64,000 nt of DNA, from contig OX597831.1 in assembly GCA_951406725.2 (NCBI GenBank), forward strand, positions 55,180,001-55,244,000, in the 5' to 3' direction. This stretch comes from Octopus vulgaris (Eukaryota). The position numbers and the translations under genes are program-made. Below the pieces are notes generated by a model. The model worked only from the letters and a program-made list of their open reading frames with translations. It ran no database searches and had not been told where the DNA came from. Shown here one piece after another: positions 1 to 13,890 of this stretch (its first letter is position 1; every line of letters begins with the position of its first letter).

Positions 1-252
1 TTTTTCAATCAATGGCTATATTTGAACCTTTTTATCACCATATTTCTGTTGAAATACACCGTTTCTGTTTCAATTAATTCAAAAAGTTGCGAAAAATTTA
101 CTAAAATAACTTTGTTATTATTAAACTGGTGTTTGAAACATAAATCAACATGAAATTTTGAAAGGAAGTTTTAATTTAGATTGCTTTAAAATAGGAAATT
201 TGTATCATAGAACCAGGGGTGGTCTCATGCAGGTTGGTGTCAAAATGGTTAA
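1..252. mobile_element. Partial piggyBac-type MITE (right end)
   Basis: Ends in ...tggtgtcaaaatgg-TTAA, similar in layout to the TTAA-flanked MITEs elsewhere in the window; the left end is outside the window. Confidence 0.4.
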
Positions 253-255
253 ACA

Positions 256-1075
256 CATTTTCACTAACATCTTTTATCAGGATTGAGATAGGAACATGAC
301 ATTGTGTTATTAGAGAGCAAAACTACAACTGATGATATCCCAAGGTCCGATACAAGTTTGATAAACAGGTCTGTGGCAGGAATATTTGACAGTCGCAATA
401 CAACTAGAAATCGAAACTGGATCACTAACCAGTGCAAAACTAAGTAAAATGAACGCAATTCACTCAAATATTGCTGACGTCACCAAAACATTTAATCATT
501 CAAAACTTCTGATGGAACTGGATTCAAATTTTTGGTGCATTTTTGTGACTAAAACAATGTTTACATGTTGAGTGCATTTTAAACACTAGCTGGCAGATAA
601 CAGCAGAGAACCAGAAAGCAGACCAAAACAGTGTCTACAGTAGCAAGACAATGGTCAATGACAACATTTTCACTAACATCTTTATCAGGATTAAAATAGG
701 AACAGGACATTAGAGAGCAAAAATACAACTGATAATGTCTCAAAATCCAATATAATTTTGATATATGAGTCTGTAGCAGGAATATTAGACAGTCACAATG
801 CACTTAGAAATCAAAGCTGGATCATTATCCAGTGCAAAAAAACAATTAACTAATACAAATGCAATTTACTCAAATATTTCTGATGTCACCAATGCATTAA
901 TCATTCAAAACTTCTGATGGAACAGCATTAAATTTTTGGTGCATTTTCTCTGTCAATAACATTGTCTATATATTTAGTGCATTTTAACCACTATCTGGTA
1001 GATAGCAGCGGAGAACCAGAAAGTAGACAAGAACAGTACTACAACAGCAAGACAATGGTCAATGACAACAGCAAG
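256..1075 (+). repeat. ~410-bp tandem duplication of a highly decayed CR1/L2/jockey-type RT fragment
   Basis: Two diverged copies start at acattttcactaacatc (~256 and ~664). Broken frames give FSLTSFI (ISLTS-like) and NAIHSNIADVTKTFNHSKLL (DxxKAFDxVxHxxLL-like). The duplication is clear; the LINE origin is tentative. Confidence 0.55.
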
Positions 1076-1120
1076 ACAATGGTCAATGACAACAGCAAGA
1101 CAATGGTCAATGACAACAGC
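1041..1120. repeat. 24-bp minisatellite, 3+ copies
   Basis: acaacagcaagacaatggtcaatg repeated three times plus a partial copy. Confidence 0.9.
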
Positions 1121-1729
1121 AACAATGATGGGGGTGATGGTGGCAGTGACACCCAGTAACAGCTAACTCCAAGAAACACACAGTTTTTACATGGCACCTT
1201 GGTTTTTGGATCTCTACTGTTATACCTGATCCTACAAAAAACCCATATAAACTACGAAGTATCTTACTTGCGTAAACATCTTTTCTTGTCGTTCATAGTA
1301 ATGACAACATTCAATTGTTAATGATACGAAGAAATATTTTTTGCATTTAAAATCTCAACAGAATCTGTGTTCATTTGATTCATATCAGCTCAATATCAAA
1401 TTGTAACACCATTCACATAAACTCTTAGAAACTTCTTATCATTACAAGTCCTTGCCTTCTTAAGAAATTTCTATAAAAACAAAAATAAGACAAGAAAGAC
1501 TAATCCACACAAATACATAAGAAGCTGAATGAGGTTATATAAGACAATTTGGGTAGTAAACAATGGCACAAAATTTGCCACCATCTTGTTTGGGGGAAGA
1601 GTATTTGTAGTGGGAGCAAGCATTTGTAAAACATCATTCCATAAAAAGAGATTAATAAGCCACAAGTAATTGAGAACCACTGTTGTAGAAAGTGGTTAGG
1701 GGTGTTGCTATCATCGTTATCAACAACAT

Positions 1730-2150
1730 TTAACATTCATTTTCCATGCTGGCATGGGTTGGACAGCTTGCAGGAACTGGTAAGACCGGGGGCCGCACCA
1801 GCTACCATGATTTGTTTTGGCTTGGTTTCTACAGCTAGATGCCCTTCCCATGCTAACCATTTTACAGAGTGTATTGGGTGCTTTTTATGAAACACCATCA
1901 TCAGTGCTTTTTACATGGCACCAATGACAGTGCTTTTTACACAGCACCAGCACCCATACCACTGTTTTTACATGGCACCTTGGTGTTTGGATCTCAATTC
2001 TGTTATGGTGGACAGGTCTTCTCAAGTACAACAATATGCCACATATATCGGTCCTCTGTTATCTCCTTCGTAAGACTCAGCGTTTTGAGATCAACCTTCA
2101 ATACTTCATTCCATGTCTTCCTGGGTCTCAATGTTCCACAACTTCCCTCC
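1730..2150 (-). mobile_element. RTE-related SINE (family D), old long copy
   Basis: ttttccatgctggcatgggttggac...ttctacagctagatgcccttcc followed by repeated gtgctttttac modules; matches the copies at 52805 and 60486. Confidence 0.7.
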
Positions 2151-2464
2151 ACTTTAACTGATCTGCATCAGGTGTTAAAATCAAATATCACAATTGACAA
2201 AAAATACCAACAAGGATGTCACATATTTTAAGCATAGAGAGGTAAGGTGATGGACACCACTTCCTCTATCTGTGCACTTGTGTGCATAACACATGTTCAA
2301 TAATGCATAGAAATTTTCCTTTCCTAATTGTAAAATGAAGAAAGGAAAAACTGTGCACATAGTAGGTATCCAAGATGAAACTCAACTTTTTTTAAATGAA
2401 GAAATTTAAGTGATGATTTCTTGCATGGATGAGTACACACTTTGTAAAGAAAGAGAAAACACTA

Positions 2465-3110
2465 TGCAAGCAGATTTCTTACAGATGGATGCTCTTCCTG
2501 TCCTCAAACCTTACCTGTTATATATATGTATATATATAGCGTTCGCTACCTTACCTCATTTGGACTAATGGCCCTCCATGTTTGTTTTCATTTGGTTTGT
2601 TGTATGCCTTCACTGTCCTGTTTTTGTTACCAACCTTGACCCTCCGCAAAATCCTAAATTTTATTTTGGTTCGCAGGAGCAAATATTTTTCAAAGCTTCA
2701 TATTGTCATTAATTGCTCGAAATGTGGAGTAGATGAATAGCTGACAAATGATGAAGGATTGTCTTTTATGTTACTTGTCTTGTTTTCCATTTGTTTCTCT
2801 CGTTGTTTGCATACCAAAGTTTGTCTTCGTATTTCATGTTGTTTATGTTTTGTGACGTCCTGTGCCCATATATATACATACTTTATATTATTATATGATT
2901 GAACACCATGCATCCATTTCCAAGTAAGTTTATCTTATATAAATATATATATATATATATACCAAGCAAGGAAGGTATATTTCCACAAGTCCTTTGAACA
3001 GAAACAGTACAATAGCCAGATATGTTTTCATGGGAGATTGCAAATAAACATTGCCACTTGTATGGCAGTAATATTTGTTTACAAATATAGTGTAATGTCA
3101 AGACAAAGAT
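2465..3110 (-). mobile_element. RTE-related SINE (family H) split by a ~400-bp unclassified insert (about 2521-2910)
   Basis: ggatgctcttcctgtcctcaaaccttacctg resumes as ttccaag/ccaagcaagg at ~2918-2965; the uninterrupted form is at 10570-10790. Confidence 0.55.
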
Positions 3111-4106
3111 GCATGCATGCGTGTGCACACACACACACACACACACACATACTTTCTTTCAATTTCTGTCAGCCAAATTTGTTTTTAGAGCCAACCAGGG
3201 TCTATAGTAGAAGATACTTATCCAAAGCACTGTACAGTGAGCCTCAGCTCCAAGCCACACATACACATACAAATACATAGACACATGCATAAGCACACAC
3301 ATACACACACACTCACACAAATACACATATATACATAAAATATTATACACACATAAAATATATGGTAGCAGAAAGAACAACAAGCATTAAAACACATTTC
3401 TCTAAGGAATTCTTTAGGCCCATGGGGAACCTTCAAATGTATTACAGTCGTGCCTAGCCTTTTATTCTTTAAGTGTATCTTCGACTATATTATTTAATAT
3501 GTTCTTTCCTTTAATAATAATGTGTGGTTTGAAGAAGATTTCCTTGCAGTCTCTAAGCTGCAGTTGTTAAATCCCAGGTCAGGCTAGACTGTGCACACCA
3601 GTAATCATAAAGCATTCAAGCTTTGACTTTCCCATCTTTATTGGGCTATCAACCACTACATTAACTAACATCTCTTTCCTAATTGAAAACAGTAGGGATT
3701 GAGATGAGGATGGTCCAGCTGCTTTTGTAGCAAACCAAAAGAGCACGCAGAAGCACCCTTCTATGTATTTCAGTGAGATGCTGAATATAATCAGATTGAC
3801 CTTTGTACACAGTAAGAATATTAAAAATAACAGTGATGCTCTTGAGATAATGAAGATGATACAACTGTTGATGATGACAATTATGATAACGATGATAATG
3901 ATGGCCCAGGGTGTAAAATTGTAAATGGATTTCACTATATACTACATTATTTTAATTGAAGAAAAAACAACAATCAAAAACATAGACTGTATGCTGTAAG
4001 TATATGAATGTACAGAGTTGCTCATCTCACACTATGCAATTTTGTTTTGACTGTCTGATAACAGACTTAAAATCATAAATTGAAACATTTCTTTTATATT
4101 TCATTT

Positions 4107-4153
<47 letters not shown>

Positions 4154-4409
4154 CATTTTTACTGAAGCATTGTGTTAAAAAAGAAAGTGAAGCATGTTTG
4201 TGTGTGAGTGTGTGAATGTTTATGTGTGTACATACATACACACACATATATATATATACATATATACACATATATACATACATGCATACACACACACATG
4301 CATATCCATCATTCATGCACATAAATACCTATACCAACACATGCATATGCATGCACATAGATACATACATTTACATATATGCATGTAGGTGTGTGTGTAT
4401 ATATATACA

Positions 4410-4448
<39 letters not shown>

Positions 4449-4538
4449 CACGCACGCACATTCATTCATACTTTGTGTATATACATATTCTTAATTTACT
4501 AATATAAAAACATAAATATCTGAATGGATGTGTGTGTG

Positions 4539-4620
<82 letters not shown>

Positions 4621-5501
4621 AAATTCCAGCTGCAAATCATCAATGCATAATCATACATGATTGATTACAAAGGTGAAGAGAAAACATTCACACAACACAA
4701 CCGTATACACACACATGCACACACACACACAGACTCTCACAAATACACATGTGCACATGCACACACACACGTACACAAAAATACATGTGCAAACATGCAA
4801 ACACAAGTGTATAACAACAACAGTGAAAAATCGAAATAACAATAGGATCCACGTAAGTAAAGCATCAGTGCTGTATCTCTCTGTTAGATTAGTCGGTTGT
4901 TTAGGGAAAGATGAAATGGAGTTGGCAACCAGAGGAAATGAGAAAGGAGCCGAGAAAAGTACCAGAAAAGTACACAGACGGCAGCTGGAAGATGGAGCTT
5001 TGTACTTCTTCAACTTTTCCTGCTACTTAAAGATGCAATGGAATTTTGATTAAAGATAGGATAAATAAATAAATAAATAAATAAATAAAACAATTTTGTT
5101 TTATTATTTCCTCTTCTCTCTGTTTATCTGTCTTTCTGTATCTCATGTTTTAGATGCAGTAATATAGTGTGTATTTGTACCTATGTAACTGTCGTGTATG
5201 TGTGTGTGTGTGTGTGTAAGAGTTACCAAGCTTATATATGCACTTAATGAGTGTATGCATATAAGTAACACACACACACAAATATAATATATATGTGTGT
5301 ATATATATTCACAAAGGTGTATGTGTAAATGAATGTATGTGTATAGATAGATAGAGACATGTATACACACATATATTTACAACCATTTATCTAATATTTT
5401 AATCTTTCTCATTTGTGTATATATGTGCGTGCATGTGTCTGTATGTATCTATGTATTCATGTATGTGTGTATATGGATATAGATATATATATTAATATAT
5501 A

Positions 5502-5551
<50 letters not shown>

Positions 5552-5564
5552 CTATGTATAAGCA

Positions 5565-5622
<58 letters not shown>

Positions 5623-6978
5623 TCTTTTTTGTCAGAATCTTTTTGAAGTGTGTAGTTGCAACCAAGAGACTGTATAACACAGCAGTGCACATTTTCGTAT
5701 GTTTTCATCCGATACAAGCCTTACAAAGAATGTACTATCCACCTCCCTTCTAGTACAACCAAATTAGACCTTATTGATCTCTTCCTGCAGACAATTCCTA
5801 CACACACACACACACACACACACATGTTAACACAAATGCATGTATGTGTGTGTGTGCGCGTGCGTGTATACACACAAACAAAGACAACAATGCCAGTGTA
5901 CACGAGCATGTAACAGACACTGACAGGAGAGAAAGCCAGCATATATAAGAAGAGCAAGCAGAAGTTCAGTTGGCATCAGGCATGGGAACCAGCTGTTAGA
6001 ACATAAATGCATTATGTGTGTGCAGTCACTTTTTACTGCTAGCATTCTGTTCAGACAACAACACAACTGCAGCAGGCTCTGACTGCCATGCTCTCTCTCT
6101 CTCCTTCTCTCTCTCTCTCTCTCACTCTTTCTTGTGCAGCCAGACTGTCAGCCAGTCACTCAGTCAGTCACTTAAGTGATGACAAGTGTATCTTTGGATA
6201 GCGGTCTAGACAACCATGGGATAGTACGGTTCTTGCACCATCGGACTTTAGGCTGTGACTGACACTGAAAAAATTCCAGTGGAATTACCAATTTTTCTTC
6301 TTTTTTTTTTTTGAAATATCTTGGGTAATTTACAGCCCTGCACCAGAGACAGAAGGAATGATGGAAAGGGAGAAGACAAGCGAGATGCTGAAGAGGACAG
6401 TAATGGCAAATACACGTGAGTATCATCTTCTTAAACAAAAAGGATGAATGAAGTTGTGTTCAGCGTGCGTGTGGCAAATAGTAGTACAACTGTTTCTCTA
6501 TGATATATGTACATTATATCGGCATGCCGATGTTGAGTAGGAGGTATCAGAGGCTGGGAGAGAAGAATAGGAAGTAAGAAAGAAAGAAAGAGGGAAGGCA
6601 AGAAAGACAGAAAAAAAGAAAGAAGGGAAAAGAGTGAAATGTGAAGACATCAAAAGACGTTTCTCAGTGCAGTATTGGAGAGTTTTCCTTAGTATAATGC
6701 TCACCAGTCAGTAGTAGGTTCAAACTGTCCTAACTTTAAGTTTTAAGAATTGACTCAACAACGAGAAATAATCCCAACACAAAACACTCTTATTCAGCAT
6801 TGAATCCTTGATTCAACATGTACATTTGGCACTTTATACAAACAATTCTATCTCAGTCATCATGCTTATTTTTCTGTTTTGCATGACAATGTTTTCCAAA
6901 ATATATATATATGTATTTAATACTATAAATACGAAATAAGACTATCTGTATCTTTGATTTTCAGGAATTCTATACAAA

Positions 6979-6986
6979 TAATAATA

Positions 6987-7035
<49 letters not shown>

Positions 7036-7056
7036 TATTATTATTATTATTATTAT
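6979..7056. repeat. (AAT)n immediately followed by (ATT)n
   Basis: Direct reading; the two tracts are mutually complementary. Confidence 0.9.
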
Positions 7057-7984
7057 AAAGGTTAAAAAAATGTCTCTGGAATTATATATACTTAGTCAAG
7101 TATGCTTTGGCTGTTTACAATAACAATAAAAGAAAAATCATTAGTAAATAACAAAAAGCAGTTTGGATAGTGAGTTGGTATGATGGGGTAGCATGATGAG
7201 GAAGATCAAAATGATGATGAGATTATAGTGAGCATGATGTGACAGGGATGATGTTGTTGCTGTTGTTGTTGTTTAGCCCCCATATCGGATTTGATTGAGC
7301 AGACCTAAGTTCAAATACGTCCAAGCCATGACCATGCTGCTTCTGTTTAAGGTATGATATACAATATTACCTCGGATACACCATCTCCTTTCATTTTAAG
7401 ATAGCAGAGTTACAATTCAAGGAAGATTTTGCTACCATTTCTAGCAGGTCAAACAACAACCTAAAATCCCTCTCTTTAGATTGTCGATGATGATGTGGAT
7501 GATGGTGGTGGTGCTTGCAAACGATTCTAAAAGTCTGTGAGAATCACACCTATAAAACATTTTAAGTTTAAAGTTTGAATTTATACCCACCACTCATCAC
7601 ATACACACGCGCACGCACGCATGCACATACACACACACACAATCTTCTTACCAGTCGCTTTTTTCCTCCCCAATGACAAAATGTAGCTTCATAGAATGAA
7701 TACCATAGTAAAGCTGAAGATATTTTGTAAGAACTCAAGAATGCCAGTGATGGCTATGTCAATAAACTGTCAGCTTAGGCAGCTGAAGTGTCCACCTGCA
7801 CGAAAACAATTCTCAAATGCCCCAGTTTAACTAGCTATAGACAAGTACCAAGGATTGGTACATTTTCTTTCCATCAATGTTGGACCGAATGTAGCATTGA
7901 CAAGTGGGTTTTGTCAGCCTGCAGCACTGATTTCAAATCCTATTATAAGTTTAACTTGGAAAGCAAAGGGCTTAGTTAGTTGGC

Positions 7985-8213
7985 TAGCGAGCTGGCAGAA
8001 ACGTTAGCACGCTGGGCGGAAACCGTAGCTGTATTTCGTCTGTCGTTACGTTGTGAGTTCAAATTCCACCGAGGTCGACTTTGCCTTTCATCCTTTCGGG
8101 GTCAATAAATAAAGTACCAGTTACGCACTGGGGTCGATGTAATCGACTTAATCCGTTTGCCTGTCCTTGTTTGTCCCCTCTATGTTTAACCCCTTGTGGG
8201 CAATAAAGAAATA
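7985..8213 (+). mobile_element. tRNA-derived SINE (family B, Nin/Deu-like core)
   Basis: gcgagctggcagaaacgttagcac, B-box-like gagttcaaattcc, core gcctttcatcctttcggggtcaataaa..agtaccag, tail taaagaaata. Confidence 0.85.
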
Positions 8214-8691
8214 TATATTAAATAAAGATAGAATGAGTTATATGACTTAGACTATTTTTGTGGGGAGCTTTATAGTATGTCATTTGATGTCTGCATCAAA
8301 TCTACAGGAATGAAATAAAATAAACTCTAAACAACAACTAAGAACTACCTGAGTCTAGTTTCTTTGTTTTGTTTGAATAAATTAATTCTTCATCAAAACT
8401 ATATTATTTAAAACATGAAGATAATATCAGAGGAAATGAAAGAACATTTTGAAAGGATGAGGGTACTACAGCCTTTCTTTCTTTAACTTCTCCTCATTTA
8501 TATTAATTAAAAGTACTGTCAGCTGAAAATAAAAATTTGAAAATATCAATCAGTTAATCAATATTATCACCTTCATCACCAACAGCATAAAGAATTCCAA
8601 GAGTTTTATGCTAGTTATTCTATGCGTTCAGTGAGATTTATGTACAAAGTCACATATATGAAAATATATAATCAACCCTTATTTTGAATTT

Positions 8692-8845
8692 AAATATGAG
8701 ATGCATTCCAGAAGTTTTAAGGCATTTTTAGGAGAGGCAGTTATGGCTGTCTTAGGTTATTATACTAAAATTACAATAATCTAAGTTAGTTATAATCACC
8801 TCTCCTATAAGAAAATCTCAAAACTTCTGGAATACATTTCATGTT
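8692..8845. mobile_element. Palindromic mariner-type MITE (~150-bp hairpin)
   Basis: atgagatgcattccagaagtttt pairs with aaaacttctggaatacatttcat, taggagagg with cctctccta, and cttaggttatt with aataatctaag. Confidence 0.7.
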
Positions 8846-9282
8846 TTATTTATTTTTTTTTTTTTGCATCATCATCATCATTTAGCATCCAACTTCTATG
8901 CTGACAGGAACTGACAAAGCTGGGGTCTGCATCAGATACAACAGTCTGTTTTGGCTTGGTTTCCACAGCTGGATGTTCTTCCTAATACCAGCCACTTTAC
9001 AGAGTGTACTGGGTGCTTTCTACATGGTATCATCAACAGTGTTTCTTATGTGGCACCAACACCCACAAAAGAAATTAAATTATATTGCACAAAATAAATT
9101 CCTACTAAGTGTAACTCTTCATTATAATTAAATTTTGTTTTAAAAAAACCTTCATGTGCCCACTTTTGCTCAGTTCTAATTTTGTATGTTTTAAATTAGA
9201 ACTGGATAAGTATACAAATTTGCACAGTAACAAGCAACAAGATGTTTTTAGAGCTGACCATCTACCCAAACAATATCTACTG

Positions 9283-9615
9283 TTGGCTCAGGTGTTAAAG
9301 TGTTGAGCTCACAATCATGAGGTAATGAGTTCGATTCCTGGACCTGGCTCTGTGTTGTGTTCTTGAGCAAAACACCTTATTTCACGTTACTCCAGTTCAC
9401 TCAGTTGTAGAAATGAGTTGTGATGTCACTGGTGCCAAGCTGTATCGGGCCTTTGCTTTTCCCTTAGATAAGATCAGTGGTGTGGAGAGGGGAAGTTGGT
9501 ATGCATGGGTGATTGCTGGTCTTCTACTGACAAACTTGCCCAGACATGTGCCTTGGAGGGGAACTTTCTAGGTGCAATCCCATGGTGATCCATGACCAAA
9601 GGGGGTCTTTACCCT
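9283..9615 (+). mobile_element. tRNA-derived CORE-type SINE (family C)
   Basis: tRNA-like head (tggctcag..gagttcgattcc), CORE-like gtgttcttgagcaaaacaccttatttcac...ctcagttgtagaaatgag, tail catgaccaaagggggtctttacc. Confidence 0.8.
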
Positions 9616-10139
9616 TTTTTTTAACCTACTTCAGAACTGCATAAACTCATGGCTTATAAGGAAAATGAAACCAGTGATTCTTGCCACATAAAATTACCAC
9701 ACTATAACAAACCAATGATTTTTATTGCTTTACTAACTTAACCTCATGTTTTACTATCATACCTATTGCCTATATTACACTCATATCAACAAAATCTCAT
9801 ACTACTACACAATACACTAGCAGTACAACACTGTACCATACAAGTCAAGAGCAGTACTCTACACCACACCAACACATTAAAAAAAAACTGCCTCCACATG
9901 GACTCTCAAACTACTAAGAAAAACAGCAACCTCCTTAGAAAAGAACACACTGGATAATGTTATCATGCATGCATTGTGGATGGGGAAATAAAAGCAAGAC
10001 GGTCACAGCTGGAATGCCTTTCATTACAGGTTTGCCTGATCAGTACTTCTCTGATTGCAACAACAACACTACCACACATCATGCCAACATCACAACCTTA
10101 CTTCACACTATTTCAAAACATCTCAACACTAATATACCT

Positions 10140-10367
10140 ATATCTTTATTACCCACAAGGGGCTAAACACAGAGGGGACAAACAAGGACAGACATAGGTA
10201 TTAAGTCGATTACAACGACCCCAGTGCGTAACTGGTACTTAATTTATCAACCCCGAAAGGATGAAAGGCAAAGTCGACCTCGGCGGAATTTGAACTCACA
10301 ACGTAACGGCAGACGAAATACCGCTAAGCATTTCGCCCGGCATGCTAACATTTCTGCCAGCTCGCCA
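10140..10367 (-). mobile_element. SINE family B
   Basis: Reverse complement of the copy at 7985. Confidence 0.85.
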
Positions 10368-10569
10368 GGAGCATACAATACATCAACATGCCCCCACAAT
10401 ATACTGCCATACAACACAACATTCCCTTACACCATACTGTCATACAACACAATAACACTGTCCCATACCACACTCTCACATCACATTGTGATACAACATA
10501 CCGACACTCCGTTATATAAGTTTTAGCTTGATATTCTCATTAGATCATTATCAATGGCGACATCATTAC

Positions 10570-10790
10570 TTAATGTCCACTTTTCTATGCTTGCAATGGG
10601 TTCAGTGAGTTTGAGGCAAATTTTCTATAGCTGGATGCCCTTCCTGTCACCAACCCTCAGCTGTTTCCAAGCAAGGTGACATTTTCCCATAGCCAAACAT
10701 GGTCTTGCAGAATGCTGGAAATGAATGACACTGCTTATATGACAGTGATACTCATTTACAACTATCACACTATGTCAAGACAAGGACACA
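10570..10790 (-). mobile_element. RTE-related SINE (family H)
   Basis: ctggatgcccttcctgtcaccaaccctc motif (reverse of the RTE-type aggaagggcatccag); related copies at ~16305-16485 and ~25080-25305. Confidence 0.65.
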
Positions 10791-11041
10791 CAAACACATA
10801 CACATATGCATACATATATGTGTGTATGTGTGTGTGTGATGATTTGATAAGTAGTGCTGAGTTTACAATTCTATAAACAATAATAATATTTATAAGCTTA
10901 AAGCTTATGAATATCATATATATATACATATACACATATACATATATATATATACATATATATATATACATATATATATACATATATACATATATATATA
11001 CATATATATATATATATACATACATACATACATATACACAC

Positions 11042-11074
<33 letters not shown>

Positions 11075-11083
11075 CACACACAA

Positions 11084-11131
<48 letters not shown>

Positions 11132-12184
11132 GTACCTATGCATGTATGTATGTAATGGGATTCCTTTAGTACTAAAAAGGCTTTGTTCAGCCCAGGACTA
11201 CTGTAGAAGACACTTGCTCAAGGTGCCAGCCAGAACCATGTAACTGGGAAGCAAACTTCTTGCCACGCTCACAAAATGTAATGTGCAGGGGAGGTATAAA
11301 GATGGTTGAATCAACCTCCAGTATATTAATTGCTGATATTTGATCAACTTCAAACCAATAAGGGAGCCTCTATCTACAAGTGCAACCTGTGAGAAACTGA
11401 AACCAAATCATCCTTTAAATTTGAGATGATTATAGTTTGAAAGCCTTTGTTCATAGATCAACTTAACTAGGTCTGATCTGAGGCTAAACAACAATAATGA
11501 TGACAACAATGACCATCACCACCACTACCATTTCTACTACTACTACTACTACTACTACTGCTACTACTGCTACTACTGCTGCTGCTGCTGCTCCAGAGGA
11601 ATGAAAGACAAAGTGAACATGGGTGGCATGACATGATGGGGCATAACTACACAATGCCGACACCCAACCATTTCTGTCCCTCCATTAATACATATTACAT
11701 TTTATTATAATTATTATAACATTAATAACGTTAAACATATTATTACAACAAATTATAAAGAACATTGGAGGGTAGAGCTGATAAAGCAACAAATTACATG
11801 CTTTCCAGGCTATAATTTGATAAATCCTGAATTCAATCCTGCTGGAGTCAACTTTTCCTTTCATTGGTCCCGCCAGTTGATAAAATAAGTATCAGCATTG
11901 TATTGGACAGTGAAGATTGATTAAATCATCTACAGCACACACCAAAATTGTTGGCTTTGTACCAAATGTAGAAATCATTGTAATAACATAGTGCTTTTTC
12001 CTTCTTGCTTTGTCTTTATATTCTTCAGTTGAAGTCATAATTAGCACAGATGATTTTATAAATGAAGATGTTGGTTTGGAACTACTGGAATAATTGGCAC
12101 TTAACCTTAGTTGATTTATAATGGTGAAATAACTGTTTAACCCTTTGTTGAACCAATTGTTAGATCATTTTTTCCTTAGTCATA

Positions 12185-12701
12185 TCTATATATATAAAAC
12201 TGTAGTTGTGTGAGTGTCTGTCTCCTACGATTTAGATTCCTAACTCCTCCCACATTTTGCGGTGCAGTTTAACCAAATTCGGGTATCTTATAGTCGTGAT
12301 TAATATCGAGCCCGTCTGGCTATTAGCGCGCGTCTACGATGAGTCTACGATTTTAAAAATAATTTAACATCATTTTTTATTCCGTTTTAATGCATAATTT
12401 TTCGTGTGTTGATGGTGGCGGAGTTGGCGTCCACGCTCAAACACCTGCACCTGTGTTTGCTTCTCCCCCTTCTTCCCTCCCTCGTGAAGCTGTGGGGAAG
12501 GGAGTTTAAGGAAATCAACGTCGTAATATGTTGTCAAGGAGACCAGCGTTCTTTTAGAACAACGACTTCATGGCTTGAAGACACCAAAACAGAAATGGCT
12601 AAGAAAGCCCGAATTGGCATCTATAAGGGAAGTAACTCTCTAAAAATGCTTATATAGTTATTTCCCTTACAAACCCGAGCAACGCCAGGCGATACTGCTA
12701 G
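12185..12701 (+). mobile_element. Non-autonomous Helitron, apparently complete
   Basis: 5' A|TCtatatatataaaa, subterminal hairpin cccgagcaacgccagg, 3' CTAG|T, no TSD; CpG-rich relative to its flanks. Confidence 0.85.
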
Positions 12702-13669
12702 TCAACTATAAAGTGAGGGTTCTAAGCTCTTTAACATGCATTATATGATATTACAGAACACTGTAAAGAATATGGTAATGTTAAAGCCCGATGTCTGCAC
12801 AAATTGTGTAAATTCATTACATAGTACTGCGACTGATAAACAGAATTTTCCCAAATCCTAAGGCTCAGTAAAAGGGACAGTTATCTTTGGTTTTGACGGC
12901 ATTAATTACATGAGAAGCAAGAATCTCTCCATCAGGTAGGATGGCATTCATGCATCATAAATAATGCACATTAAAACAAAAAAAATTCCATAATAATTTT
13001 ATACCAGAATTTTCATTTATTCATATTCCAAATACTAGCTTAATGATGAATAATATTCATTTTTTAAAATTCTTGATTATTTTCAAAATTAACAAAATTA
13101 ACCAAAACATAGCCAGGGTATTTCATTAAGATTATAGACTCTATAAAGTTGATAGAGTGCTAGTGACAGGATACAGACTACTGACCTCCAGGCTGGTTGT
13201 CTCCATCTTATTGACTTGAACATCCATGCTCTCTATAAATAAAATTAAAACTCCAGCTTTTAACAAGGAAGCCATGGTCAACCGATGTGCTAGAAATAGC
13301 AGCTAAAACTCTCAACTCACATTCTATCAATGTAATGCTTGATAAGCAAAAGAGCTTATGAGCAGATTTGGTAAACAAAAAATCTTGCGAGTGGATTTGT
13401 CAGACAAAAAAATGAGATGGTCACAAATGGAATACCATTGATCATAGTCTGCTCAATTAGGACAAACCCAAGCTATAAACAACAACATGCTCAGCTAGTT
13501 ATCCCATATTTTGAGGTGCATATGAAGTAAATATTGCACTGGTTAGGATCCTTGACTGTTGCAAAAAGCTTTTTCCCTTTCTCCACAGATGGGACCACTA
13601 TGGCTTACATCCACAAAGTATATATATTGCACAGTTGCTACTTCAAGTCACATGGGTTCAGTTGCTTAA

Positions 13670-13890
13670 CCCTTTAGCATTTAGATTATTCTATCAAATA
13701 TAATGCTTATTTATTCACATTGTTTTTAATTAATCATACATTACTTCGTAGCTTTGAGATTTCAATGCTGTGATTATATATTTTTTTGAATGACATTGTA
13801 GGGTAGGTGTGAGAGGCTGGCTCTATCTAGTTTAATCATAAAGCAGGTGGAATGTTTGGGCTGGATATGGTGGGTTTAAATGTTAACTGG
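13670..13890 (+). mobile_element. piggyBac-type MITE (family E)
   Basis: TTAA (13666-13669) + ccctttagcatt...aaatgttaactgg + TTAA (13891-13894). Confidence 0.8.

Noticed and set aside
325-440. CTGATGA ... GAAActgg/ccagt as a hammerhead
   Set aside because: No stem I or closing stem II, G at the cleavage position, and not kept in the tandem copy.
1041-1120. CRISPR-like repeat
   Set aside because: Head-to-tail tandem with no spacers, in eukaryotic DNA.
2670-2730. gagcaa/ttgctc-GAAA as a hammerhead stem II
   Set aside because: No recognisable CUGANGA-type core or NUH/stem I arrangement.
3579-3935. 118-aa hydrophobic ORF resembling a membrane protein
   Set aside because: GTG start; the hydrophobicity comes from an (ATC)-like tract and the C-terminus runs into a family F repeat.
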